DNA of 64,000 bases from a virus (taxonomy: Duplodnaviria; Heunggongvirae; Uroviricota; Caudoviricetes). Both the position numbers and the translations under genes were made by a program. Every line of letters begins with the position of its first letter. Positions within the stretch are counted from its first letter, which is position 1. The DNA is taken from IMG/VR virus record IMGVR_UViG_3300013126_000009, one strand, 5' to 3'. Below, piece by piece: positions 19,777-28,279 of the stretch. The notes under the pieces were generated by a model that saw only the letters and a program-made list of their open reading frames with translations, was not told the DNA's origin and made no database searches.

Positions 19777-21059
19777 ACAACTTCTACTTCTTCAAACTTC
19801 TTACTGTCAGCCAAAACTTTAAGATATAACTCACGTCTCTTAGCTGTAACAGCGTCAATACTGTACGTGTCTTTGACCGTATCATATAATCTATTACCCA
19901 GTACTTCAATCTTATCTGGATTGGTAATCAAATATTTAAGATGTTGATACCATTGTTTGTGATTCTTAGCACTATCCACCAATAAAGCATTACCAGTTTC
20001 ATTGAATTCACCACCTTTATCTTTGGCTGATGTCAAATCAATTGTGTATGGGCCAAAATCTTGAGCAACCAAAGCTTTTTTATGGAAACCAGCTTCAATT
20101 ACCTTTAATTGTGATTTGACCTTGTTAAATTGGTGTGTAACCAAAGGTGCCAAAGAAATATCAAACATATTATAATTGCTGGCATAGGTTGAGATTGGTT
20201 TTGTCCAAACCCTTCTATAAGGCTCATTATCAACATCTGGGTATTCTGTTTTAGTGAATTCATGCAGATAAGCTTTATATTCAGGACTTACTGTTTTAAA
20301 ATCATCAGTGAATATCTTTTCATATTCATACCAGACACTTTCATGTGGTTTAATCGGTCTTTGGGTCTGTTGACCAGTTTTTTGGTCAATCGTTGTAATC
20401 ATACCTCTAATGTCGTAACCACAAAGAACAAATTGAACTTTATCCATCAATTTATCACCCTTTAGTTTAGTTACAAGACCTTTTAAAAGTTTAATATCCT
20501 CAAGATGTGAGCTACCACCAAGAAAGGCGATTCTAATCCTATCACTTTTTTTAACATCTATTTTAAATTGTTTTTCAGATGGGTCAACAGCATTTGGTAT
20601 TACATATACGTTCTTATTTATCTTTGATATGTCATCGGCAAAAATTTCAGTGGTTGTTATTACATTCTTAGCCAATTTAATATTATTAGGTATTTTCTTA
20701 TCCAGTCCAGCTTGTTTAATCATCATATGTGCTGGGTGATGACTACCAGGCGCCCAATAATCATCAATGTCCATAAAACTTACAATACCTAATTTATCTA
20801 ACCTATCTAACGTGGATTGCATTGTTTCAAAACTACCCAAATTTCTATGGTAATGAACGATATCATATTTGCTTAACCATTCTTCATCGTTTAACTTTGG
20901 TTCATAATCAATATCCACATGAAACTCATCTGGATAATTCTTTTCTAAGGTCATATGTGGTTTGGTTGAACGATAATATCCAACGCCAGTGCGGTCACTA
21001 GGTACTACAAGTACTCTAATTTTACGACCTACTGGGGCATTAATTTTCTCTTGTTTCAT
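19773..21059 (-). CDS. Glycosyltransferase, GT4-like
   Basis: GVGYYR, DIDDYW, VIPNAVD, GGSSHLED, DISLAPL, FNKVKSQLKVIEAG. Confidence 0.82.
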   Translation of the reverse strand: MKQEKINAPVGRKIRVLVVPSDRTGVGYYRSTKPHMTLEKNYPDEFHVDIDYEPKLNDEEWLSKYDIVHYHRNLGSFETMQSTLDRLDKLGIVSFMDIDDYWAPGSHHPAHMMIKQAGLDKKIPNNIKLAKNVITTTEIFADDISKINKNVYVIPNAVDPSEKQFKIDVKKSDRIRIAFLGGSSHLEDIKLLKGLVTKLKGDKLMDKVQFVLCGYDIRGMITTIDQKTGQQTQRPIKPHESVWYEYEKIFTDDFKTVSPEYKAYLHEFTKTEYPDVDNEPYRRVWTKPISTYASNYNMFDISLAPLVTHQFNKVKSQLKVIEAGFHKKALVAQDFGPYTIDLTSAKDKGGEFNETGNALLVDSAKNHKQWYQHLKYLITNPDKIEVLGNRLYDTVKDTYSIDAVTAKRRELYLKVLADSKKFEEVEVV

Positions 21060-21080
21060 ATTATATAATTAGTTTTTTTA

Positions 21081-21109
21081 ATATTAGACATAATGAAACA
21101 ATAAGTCAA
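21081..21109 (-). promoter_or_regulatory. Host-type promoter for the GT4 gene/left operon
   Basis: Minus strand TTGACT-N17-TAATAT. Confidence 0.55.
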
Positions 21110-21117
21110 TATTGCGC

Positions 21118-21145
21118 AAAAAAAAAAGCACCATTTCTGGTGCTT
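21118..21145 (-). terminator. Intrinsic terminator
   Basis: Stem AAGCACCA/TGGTGCTT with 4-nt loop, followed on the minus strand by a U-run (A10 on plus, two of them in the stem). Confidence 0.8.
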
Positions 21146-21186
21146 AAAGGTTTGATTATATAACACAATTTAAATGATGAAAGAAA

Positions 21187-21780
21187 TCACTTTAACAAAC
21201 CTTGTTTTTTTAATGTCATTATAGTTTTCTTGATTGTATCTTCCTTAATCTTATTAGTATAGGACTCGCTCATTATTCTGACCAATTCGTCTCTCACAAT
21301 ATTCCTGACCATATCTTCATTAACATTAGATGTCGTTGGTTGTTGACTTATTGGTTTCTTTTTATTTTGCATAAGTTCATTCAGACTGCTAGGTTGGTTG
21401 TATGGTACTTCCTTTTCACCACCCATTAAGTCTTTTCTAACATTTGATAAATTATAATCAATCTTAGGTACAAACATATCAGCTGGTTCGATTATATTTT
21501 CAGACATTATTTTTTTAATACTATCTGGTAACTTTGAATTATTAATCATATCTTTACTGATTGGTCTCGGTTCAGTACTTTTACTGGTCATACCGTAACC
21601 TTCATTCATCATTCCATCAGGAAGTTCTGAAAGATACTGTGTTGGTTGTTCGTCAACAAAACCTTGTGTTGTCGATTGACTTGGTGCTGTTTTTTTAACA
21701 GATTCAGCCATTGCCATAACAGCTTTACTCTTTTCAAGATTCTTAAGAAATGATAATGGTACGTCTACTGGTTGTTGCAT
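21187..21780 (-). CDS. Hypothetical protein
   Basis: 197 aa; NSKLPDSIKKIMSEN segment, low-complexity linkers. Confidence 0.75.
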   Translation of the reverse strand: MQQPVDVPLSFLKNLEKSKAVMAMAESVKKTAPSQSTTQGFVDEQPTQYLSELPDGMMNEGYGMTSKSTEPRPISKDMINNSKLPDSIKKIMSENIIEPADMFVPKIDYNLSNVRKDLMGGEKEVPYNQPSSLNELMQNKKKPISQQPTTSNVNEDMVRNIVRDELVRIMSESYTNKIKEDTIKKTIMTLKKQGLLK

Positions 21781-21784
21781 AATT

Positions 21785-22453
21785 TTAAAATTTAGCTATG
21801 TTTAAAACACTTTTCATACTTTTATCGCCATTGGGGTTGAATTTAGGTCTTGGTGTTCTAAATCTTCTGTTTAATACAGACCATTGACTGATTCTGTCGA
21901 CCCTGAACAACTTCCATTCTGGAACAATGGTATCACTATCACCACTTAATTGATAAGCCCTAATAACTGGATTACCAGCCATTGATATACCATAAGCATA
22001 TACCTCAACGTTCCTTTTTCCTTTTGAAGTATTTTCATCCCCATCATAATAAATTATGATTTCGTTTTTGTTATTAATCGCGTCATTTATATTTGTGACA
22101 CTTATTGATGTTGGTTGTCCTTCATCACTACCTTTTTCAACACTTACAACATTTTTGAAAGTGAATGGTCTAATATCACCAGTCCTTTTATTGGCTGTGG
22201 TGAATTTTAATGTACCATTTACAATACCTTCATTTTTATCAACAAACCATCTATATCCAGTATACATTGATTTGGGTAAAAGGATTTCAAGTTCTAATTG
22301 CTCACTGTCCATACCAATAACCTCAAACGGTATTTCAGTATTATTGGTAACAATTGTAACTATATCCCTATTACTTAAACCTTGAAACGGGTTTGATGGA
22401 TTAAGTTGTTGTTCAAGTATAACACTTTCAAATATATTGTAAAGTTTTAACAT
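21785..22453 (-). CDS. WYL-domain protein with an extra N-terminal domain
   Basis: C-terminal IIIYY...RNVEVYAYG...VIRAYQ...WKLFRVDRI matches the WYL pattern. Confidence 0.7.
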   Translation of the reverse strand: MLKLYNIFESVILEQQLNPSNPFQGLSNRDIVTIVTNNTEIPFEVIGMDSEQLELEILLPKSMYTGYRWFVDKNEGIVNGTLKFTTANKRTGDIRPFTFKNVVSVEKGSDEGQPTSISVTNINDAINNKNEIIIYYDGDENTSKGKRNVEVYAYGISMAGNPVIRAYQLSGDSDTIVPEWKLFRVDRISQWSVLNRRFRTPRPKFNPNGDKSMKSVLNIAKF

Positions 22454-22767
22454 TATAGTTGTGGTGCAGTATAAGGATTATTTGGTGACATCCCCCATTG
22501 TGATTGGTTATATGCGATGGCCGCTAATCTACCAGAACCACCATAGTTAGGACTACCTAAAATATCAAGTTCACCACCACCATTATATGTGTCCAAGTAT
22601 ATGCCTGTACCTTTACCTTGGATTGGCGTTTCTTGGTCTTTTAATGCTCTAGTGTGTGTTGCTGAATATTCGTTTGCATCCGCTTCACCATTGTAAATAT
22701 TTTTTACTATGTTATTTTTCCTAGCAACATTAGCAGCGTCAGTTAATTTTTGTGCAGCATTACTCAT
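22453..22767 (-). CDS. Hypothetical protein
   Basis: 104 aa ORF, translationally coupled. Confidence 0.75.
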   Translation of the reverse strand: MSNAAQKLTDAANVARKNNIVKNIYNGEADANEYSATHTRALKDQETPIQGKGTGIYLDTYNGGGELDILGSPNYGGSGRLAAIAYNQSQWGMSPNNPYTAPQL

Positions 22768-22768
22768 T

Positions 22769-23239
22769 TTAGTTTAATTTATTTTTGTTGTTATTATTAT
22801 CCATATATTCTATTAAATATCTCATTTTGGACATTTCCTTATCATAATCCTCTTTAACATAATCAACAGTATTGTTCATTATATTCCTACCATTACTCAT
22901 GGTTCTGACATCTGGAATACCACCAACCTTTGTTGGGTTCTTATTATCCCTATCTTTTTTATGCGTATCTTTAAAGTTATTACCACCACCCTTTTTACCA
23001 CTAGCACCTGTTTCCATTCTGATTCTTTTTGGTGCTTCGTTTGCGGTAATTTCCTTTTTAAGTGTTTCTTCTAACCATTTTAAAACTTTATCTTCTTCAG
23101 GCGTCCTTTTATCTTTATTGTTCAATTCAGACATTTTTTTATTCATATTGGAATATGACATTTCTACATTATTGTTTAATAATGGTCTAAGATTCTTTGG
23201 AACTTCGAATGATTTATTTTTTAAATCAAGATTTGGCAT
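22769..23239 (-). CDS. Hypothetical basic protein
   Basis: 156 aa ORF in operon. Confidence 0.7.
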   Translation of the reverse strand: MPNLDLKNKSFEVPKNLRPLLNNNVEMSYSNMNKKMSELNNKDKRTPEEDKVLKWLEETLKKEITANEAPKRIRMETGASGKKGGGNNFKDTHKKDRDNKNPTKVGGIPDVRTMSNGRNIMNNTVDYVKEDYDKEMSKMRYLIEYMDNNNNKNKLN

Positions 23240-23780
23240 CGCTCAATAATTTTTTAAGTTCTTCTTTTTCTTCTGGTGATAATTTCTCAATCTTTGAAAC
23301 CAATTCAGTGAATTTATCTTTATCTACCAATTCTTTATTGGTGATTTTGGACACCAAATCATTTTCGCTACCTTTAGATACCATATCCTCAATCATTGAT
23401 TTGATGTTTTCTTTCATTTGTAGATTTGAGTCTTCGTGAAGCATACTTAACCATGTGCCAACACCCAATCGTTCACCGTGACTATATGCTGTACCACCAA
23501 GTCCAGCAAATGCTCTTTGCCATCTATCACCTTGACTGGTATCTCTTCTTATTTTATCGGTATCAGGTGCAACCCCTTTTTTATAGCTTGTCAATCCACG
23601 GTCTTTTGCTGGTTTTTGTACAGGGCCTGTTTGTATATTAGCTTCATTACCATCTGGAACAGCACTATCAACAAAAGAACCATCGGGGTCTACAAACTCA
23701 TCGATTAATTGTTCATCAACCTCAGTATTTTCGTTCATATTGAATTTCAATAAAAATTCTCGTTTTTTTAAAATAGTCAT
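23226..23780 (-). CDS. Hypothetical protein
   Basis: 184 aa ORF preceded by an ATATTTATA motif. Confidence 0.7.
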   Translation of the reverse strand: MTILKKREFLLKFNMNENTEVDEQLIDEFVDPDGSFVDSAVPDGNEANIQTGPVQKPAKDRGLTSYKKGVAPDTDKIRRDTSQGDRWQRAFAGLGGTAYSHGERLGVGTWLSMLHEDSNLQMKENIKSMIEDMVSKGSENDLVSKITNKELVDKDKFTELVSKIEKLSPEEKEELKKLLSDAKS

Positions 23781-23796
23781 ATTAAAAAGCTTTTAA

Positions 23797-23827
23797 TATA
23801 AATATGTCAAAAACATCAATATTTATA
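23797..23827. promoter_or_regulatory. Back-to-back putative late promoters (ATATTTATA on each strand)
   Basis: TATAAATAT at 23797-23805 (minus sense) and ATATTTATA at 23819-23827 between divergent genes. Confidence 0.55.
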
Positions 23828-23840
23828 ATAAACTATTATT

Positions 23841-25523
23841 GTGACCAATATAATTAACTATACACCAAATAATCTTAAGTTAGTTCTTTCAAATAGGTAT
23901 TATTGGGATTTCTATTTGAAGAATGCTATGCCTAACTATGCACCATATACTGGTTCAACCTCAGGAACTTGTTTTGTCGTTGATTTTGACTTTAATAACC
24001 CAGCAATATTTGGTACTGGAACAACTTCCGCTGATACTATTTATTCAACACAGACTTGGACTGGCGCAACTAATACTGGTGTAACAGCAACGACTATCGG
24101 TATTACTGGTATTGACAACGGTTTGATTACATTTGAAAAGTTGTCAGCAGACACATCAAATCAAGCGTTATTATCAGCTTTAACAGCTTCAACATTATAT
24201 ATACCATCTGGTGATACAAGGTTTATGATGACCAGAGTTACTGGTATGACAGAACAATACGAATATCCAATGAATTTTGTCACCAGTACTGGAATAACTG
24301 GTGATTATATGAATTTCTGTGGTGGTTTCTATCAAGGGTATTATAAATTAGATGGTTTTGATTATCAGGTATTACCAAATAGGGTGAATAAGGGTTGGGT
24401 TGCTGAATTCTGGTTAAATAAATCCGATAATGCTTGTAGTGGAACAACAGCAACAACTCTTAATGACCTTTACCCAGATAATAAAGGTTTTTTCTTTTAT
24501 ATGGGTACAAGGGCTGAAAATAAGTTTTGGGATGTATTTGAAGGTCTTAACACTGGTTGCACAAGTGCATGTACTACACCAATAGGTTGTACGGGAACAG
24601 TTACAACATTTTGTACAGTACCTAAAGAAAATCAAATTGTATTGTCAAATGGTGTTACATTAGACCCACCAGAAATAAAGGAGATTGTGATTAAAAATCA
24701 ATTTATGATATATCATAATGGTGGGGCAACAACAACTCATTATGGCGTAAGTTACCCTAAAGGAGAAACCGCACCAGAATTTACAGGTGATAGTATTACC
24801 ATAACAGCGACAACACAATTATTAACAGATAATAGAAATCAATTCTTAATCTACTGTAATAAATGTAATAGCGCCAGTTGTTCATGTGGTGAATCAGATT
24901 GTCATACTGTATGTGATTATTCTGGAAGAACACAACCTTTATTGAGTTTGGATTACAATTTGGACATTATTGATAACGCAATAGGTTTTAGGATTAAAGA
25001 TGATGGTAGCATAGGCTATCGTTTATTATCAGTAACAGGTACCTGTACAGGTGATACATATATTTCAGGTGTTACAGTTACTGAAGGATATTCAGCCAGT
25101 GGTATGGTAACAAATGATATTTGGAAGAATATCGCAATAAGATTTTACGCTTATGAAAGAATGACCGATGAAGAACTATTATGTAAAGGTCGTAGATTAG
25201 GTAGATTGGCTATTTATGTTAACGGTAAGTTAAAATTCTGGGTTGATGACTTTTTGGAAATAATACCAAGACGATTGGACACCAATTATCAGAAACAAGT
25301 TGCCGTACCATATAATATAAGTTTAGGTGGTGGTTCACAAGGTTTATTGGAAAGTATGACCTTTGATGGTCAAGACCCTGAAGATTTAGGTCTTAATATA
25401 GAAAAGAACTTTGCTGGAACATTCATAGGTTCAATATCACAATTCAAATTTTATACATGTAATCTTAATTGGGTTGATATTGAAAATAATTATAACCAAG
25501 AAAAGGCAAGATACGGTTTATGA
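23841..25523 (+). CDS. Putative virion structural protein, Thr/Gly/Cys-rich, LamG/ConA-like C-terminus
   Basis: 560 aa, GTG start; WKNIAIRF, LAIYVNGKL, FIGSISQFKFY jelly-roll-like strands. Confidence 0.55.
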   Translation: MTNIINYTPNNLKLVLSNRYYWDFYLKNAMPNYAPYTGSTSGTCFVVDFDFNNPAIFGTGTTSADTIYSTQTWTGATNTGVTATTIGITGIDNGLITFEKLSADTSNQALLSALTASTLYIPSGDTRFMMTRVTGMTEQYEYPMNFVTSTGITGDYMNFCGGFYQGYYKLDGFDYQVLPNRVNKGWVAEFWLNKSDNACSGTTATTLNDLYPDNKGFFFYMGTRAENKFWDVFEGLNTGCTSACTTPIGCTGTVTTFCTVPKENQIVLSNGVTLDPPEIKEIVIKNQFMIYHNGGATTTHYGVSYPKGETAPEFTGDSITITATTQLLTDNRNQFLIYCNKCNSASCSCGESDCHTVCDYSGRTQPLLSLDYNLDIIDNAIGFRIKDDGSIGYRLLSVTGTCTGDTYISGVTVTEGYSASGMVTNDIWKNIAIRFYAYERMTDEELLCKGRRLGRLAIYVNGKLKFWVDDFLEIIPRRLDTNYQKQVAVPYNISLGGGSQGLLESMTFDGQDPEDLGLNIEKNFAGTFIGSISQFKFYTCNLNWVDIENNYNQEKARYGL

Positions 25524-25551
25524 CCATATTTATTAAAAAAGAAAATTTTAA

Positions 25552-27888
25552 ATGGCCACTAATAGATTAGTTTTACGTAGTACAGGTAGCCCATATACTT
25601 TCCCTTTACCAGATATTGTTAAAGGTTCTGTTTTGTCGTGGAGTGAGGTTGATAACAACTTTATATTTTTAAAGGGATTAGATATTAAAAGCGGTTCAGT
25701 AAGTGGTACTGACCTTATATTAGAAAGAATCAATGGTAGTAATATAAGTATCGATTTATCGGCATTTACTGGTGGTACTGGTACTGATGTTTTTGTAACT
25801 GGTGGCACTTATAGTGCATCAGCGTCAACTTTAACATTTACAAACAATACTGGTGGTACATTCAGTATAACTGGTGTAACTGGTGGTAGTGGTGGTACAG
25901 ATTATTACACAACAGGTTTTACATTTAACCCAGCAAATTATGACATTACCGTCAGTTTGAATAATGGTACTGATTTAACACAGAATTTGGGTATATTAGC
26001 TGGTGACCTTAAAGTCACTGGTGGTACTTATAATCCATCTACTGGTGTTGCAACCTTTACTAATAATAGTGGCGGTACATTCCAAGTTACTGGATTCTTA
26101 ACTGGTTATACGGATATATATACAACTGGTTTTACTTATGATAACACAACAAATACATTATCAATTAGTGATACTTATGGTTCCGTATATAATGCGTTAA
26201 TTGACCAAATGTCTGGTTTGACAATAAATGGTAATTTAACCGTTACTGGAACCTCTAATTTAAATAATGTAACTGCCAGTACAATAACTAATCTAAATTA
26301 TATCGATTTTAATACTGGATATACCCCAACTCAGCAGATTGGTAGGATTCATTGGGACCAAGATTATGGTACGTTAGACGTTGACTTAGAGGGTAATAAT
26401 GTAAATCTTAAAGTTGGTTTAGACAATTTATATTATATTAAGAATCAAAGTGGTTCAACAATAAATAAAGGTAGAGTTGTTAGAGCTGCTGGAACCTTAG
26501 GTTCTTCAGGTAGAATACTTGGCGAGTATATGATTGCTGATGGTACAATACCTCATTATTTTACTCTTGGTATCGCTGGTGAAAATATTTTAAATGGTGA
26601 AGATGGTTATGTTTATGAGTTTGGCTTAATTAAGGGTTTAAACACCACAGGTTCATTATATGGTGAAACGTGGAGTGGTGGTACAATACTTTATGTTCAC
26701 CCGACTATAGCTGGTGGTTTAACCAGCATTGAACCTGTTGAACCAAATTTGAAAATACAAATGGCTATTGTTATTGATGCTGATAGTAATGGTTCTTTGT
26801 TTGTTAGACCAAGTTTAGGTTATAATATCGGTGATTTACATAATGTACAAACTTCTGGACAGACCAATGGTGATTTACTAATATATAATAGTGGAACTAC
26901 GATATTTGAATTTGGTAAAACATTAACTGGCAATTATTTAATAAGCGGTGGTCTATCAGCGACAACGGGAACATTTGGTCAATTGGGTATTTATAACCAA
27001 TTTATTTTTCCAACAACTGATGGTTCGCCAAATCAAGTATTGCAGACTGATGGTGCTGGTAATGTTTCTTGGGCAACAGTATCTGGTGGTACTGGTAGTA
27101 CATCACCAGCTGGTTTAGATACTCAGATACAATTCAATCAAGGTGGTTCATTTGGTGCAAACTCTGGATTGACCTATGATTATGGAACAAATGTGTTTAA
27201 AACTGAAGCCGTTATTGGTAATTCAACTAATCTATTTGAGAATGGAATTTCATTTATAGGTCCAAGCAGCGGTGTAACTTCAATTTTATATAATAATGCA
27301 TTAAGTGCCACAAGTTATTCTTTTTTTCTTAACGGTGATTTATCATCAATTGCTGATGATTATTCAACAATATTGGGTTATACTGATTTTGGTACCAATG
27401 ACCGAACACTTGTCAATCTAAGAAAGGATGTCGCCCAAATGCAATGGGTTGATGATGTTAACAGTCGTGAATCAGAAATAAGTTTAAACAATTCTGGTGT
27501 TAGTATTTACAATAATACTGGCACAACTTCTACAGGTATATATATAACTAATCAATACGGTGTAAATGTTAATTTATTTAATACAGGTCAAAGTCAAACT
27601 TTTCTTGTTACTAGAGAAACAGCCCCATCAGTCTATACTCATTATTTTAGCGTAGACACAAACGGTTATGTAACAATAAACGAAGCTTATACGTTCCCTA
27701 ACACTGATGGTTCACCAAGTCAAGTGTTGCAGACTGATGGTTCTGGTAATGTGTCATGGAGTTATATTTTTACTTCAGGCTCGACAACAGCTAATGCTGG
27801 TGTTCAAACATTACCATCGAACCCTCTTGGGTTCATAATAACTAATTTAAATGGTACACCCGTTAAAATTCCTTATTACGATATTTAA
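25552..27888 (+). CDS. Tail fibre/fibre-like structural protein
   Basis: 778 aa, Gly/Thr-rich; repeats VTGGTY..FTNNxGGTF (x2) and FPxTDGSPxQVLQTDGxGNVSW (x2); C-terminal VKIPYY. Confidence 0.7.
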   Translation: MATNRLVLRSTGSPYTFPLPDIVKGSVLSWSEVDNNFIFLKGLDIKSGSVSGTDLILERINGSNISIDLSAFTGGTGTDVFVTGGTYSASASTLTFTNNTGGTFSITGVTGGSGGTDYYTTGFTFNPANYDITVSLNNGTDLTQNLGILAGDLKVTGGTYNPSTGVATFTNNSGGTFQVTGFLTGYTDIYTTGFTYDNTTNTLSISDTYGSVYNALIDQMSGLTINGNLTVTGTSNLNNVTASTITNLNYIDFNTGYTPTQQIGRIHWDQDYGTLDVDLEGNNVNLKVGLDNLYYIKNQSGSTINKGRVVRAAGTLGSSGRILGEYMIADGTIPHYFTLGIAGENILNGEDGYVYEFGLIKGLNTTGSLYGETWSGGTILYVHPTIAGGLTSIEPVEPNLKIQMAIVIDADSNGSLFVRPSLGYNIGDLHNVQTSGQTNGDLLIYNSGTTIFEFGKTLTGNYLISGGLSATTGTFGQLGIYNQFIFPTTDGSPNQVLQTDGAGNVSWATVSGGTGSTSPAGLDTQIQFNQGGSFGANSGLTYDYGTNVFKTEAVIGNSTNLFENGISFIGPSSGVTSILYNNALSATSYSFFLNGDLSSIADDYSTILGYTDFGTNDRTLVNLRKDVAQMQWVDDVNSRESEISLNNSGVSIYNNTGTTSTGIYITNQYGVNVNLFNTGQSQTFLVTRETAPSVYTHYFSVDTNGYVTINEAYTFPNTDGSPSQVLQTDGSGNVSWSYIFTSGSTTANAGVQTLPSNPLGFIITNLNGTPVKIPYYDI

Positions 27889-27891
27889 ATA

Positions 27892-28275
27892 ATGATATTC
27901 AACATAAATAAAAATGCTACGTTACCCGTTTTGAATCTTGAGTTGATTCAAGATGGTCGATATGATTATTCTGATTTTTATAATAAGTTGCAGAATTCGG
28001 ACATTTATTTTACAATGTCCGATATAGAGACTGGTGTTAAAAAAATTGGTAAGAAATTAACGAACCCTTTGTTAAAAGAAGAATGTTATAATTGTGAGGA
28101 TTGTTTGGGTGAGGAGTATTACCTTTCTTATAAATTCACTGAAAGAGATACTAATAAAGGTGGTACCTACGTTGGTAAATTCATTATAGAGTTTTTGGAT
28201 GGCTCTGGAACCCTGATTGTCCCAATACAAGAGGAACTTATTATTAATGTAATAGAAGGTTACATTAAAAAGTGA
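27892..28275 (+). CDS. Hypothetical protein, BppU-N-like beta domain
   Basis: INKNATLPVLNLEL...YKFTERDT..GTYVGKFIIEF pattern. Confidence 0.5.
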   Translation: MIFNINKNATLPVLNLELIQDGRYDYSDFYNKLQNSDIYFTMSDIETGVKKIGKKLTNPLLKEECYNCEDCLGEEYYLSYKFTERDTNKGGTYVGKFIIEFLDGSGTLIVPIQEELIINVIEGYIKK

Positions 28276-28279
28276 ACTG

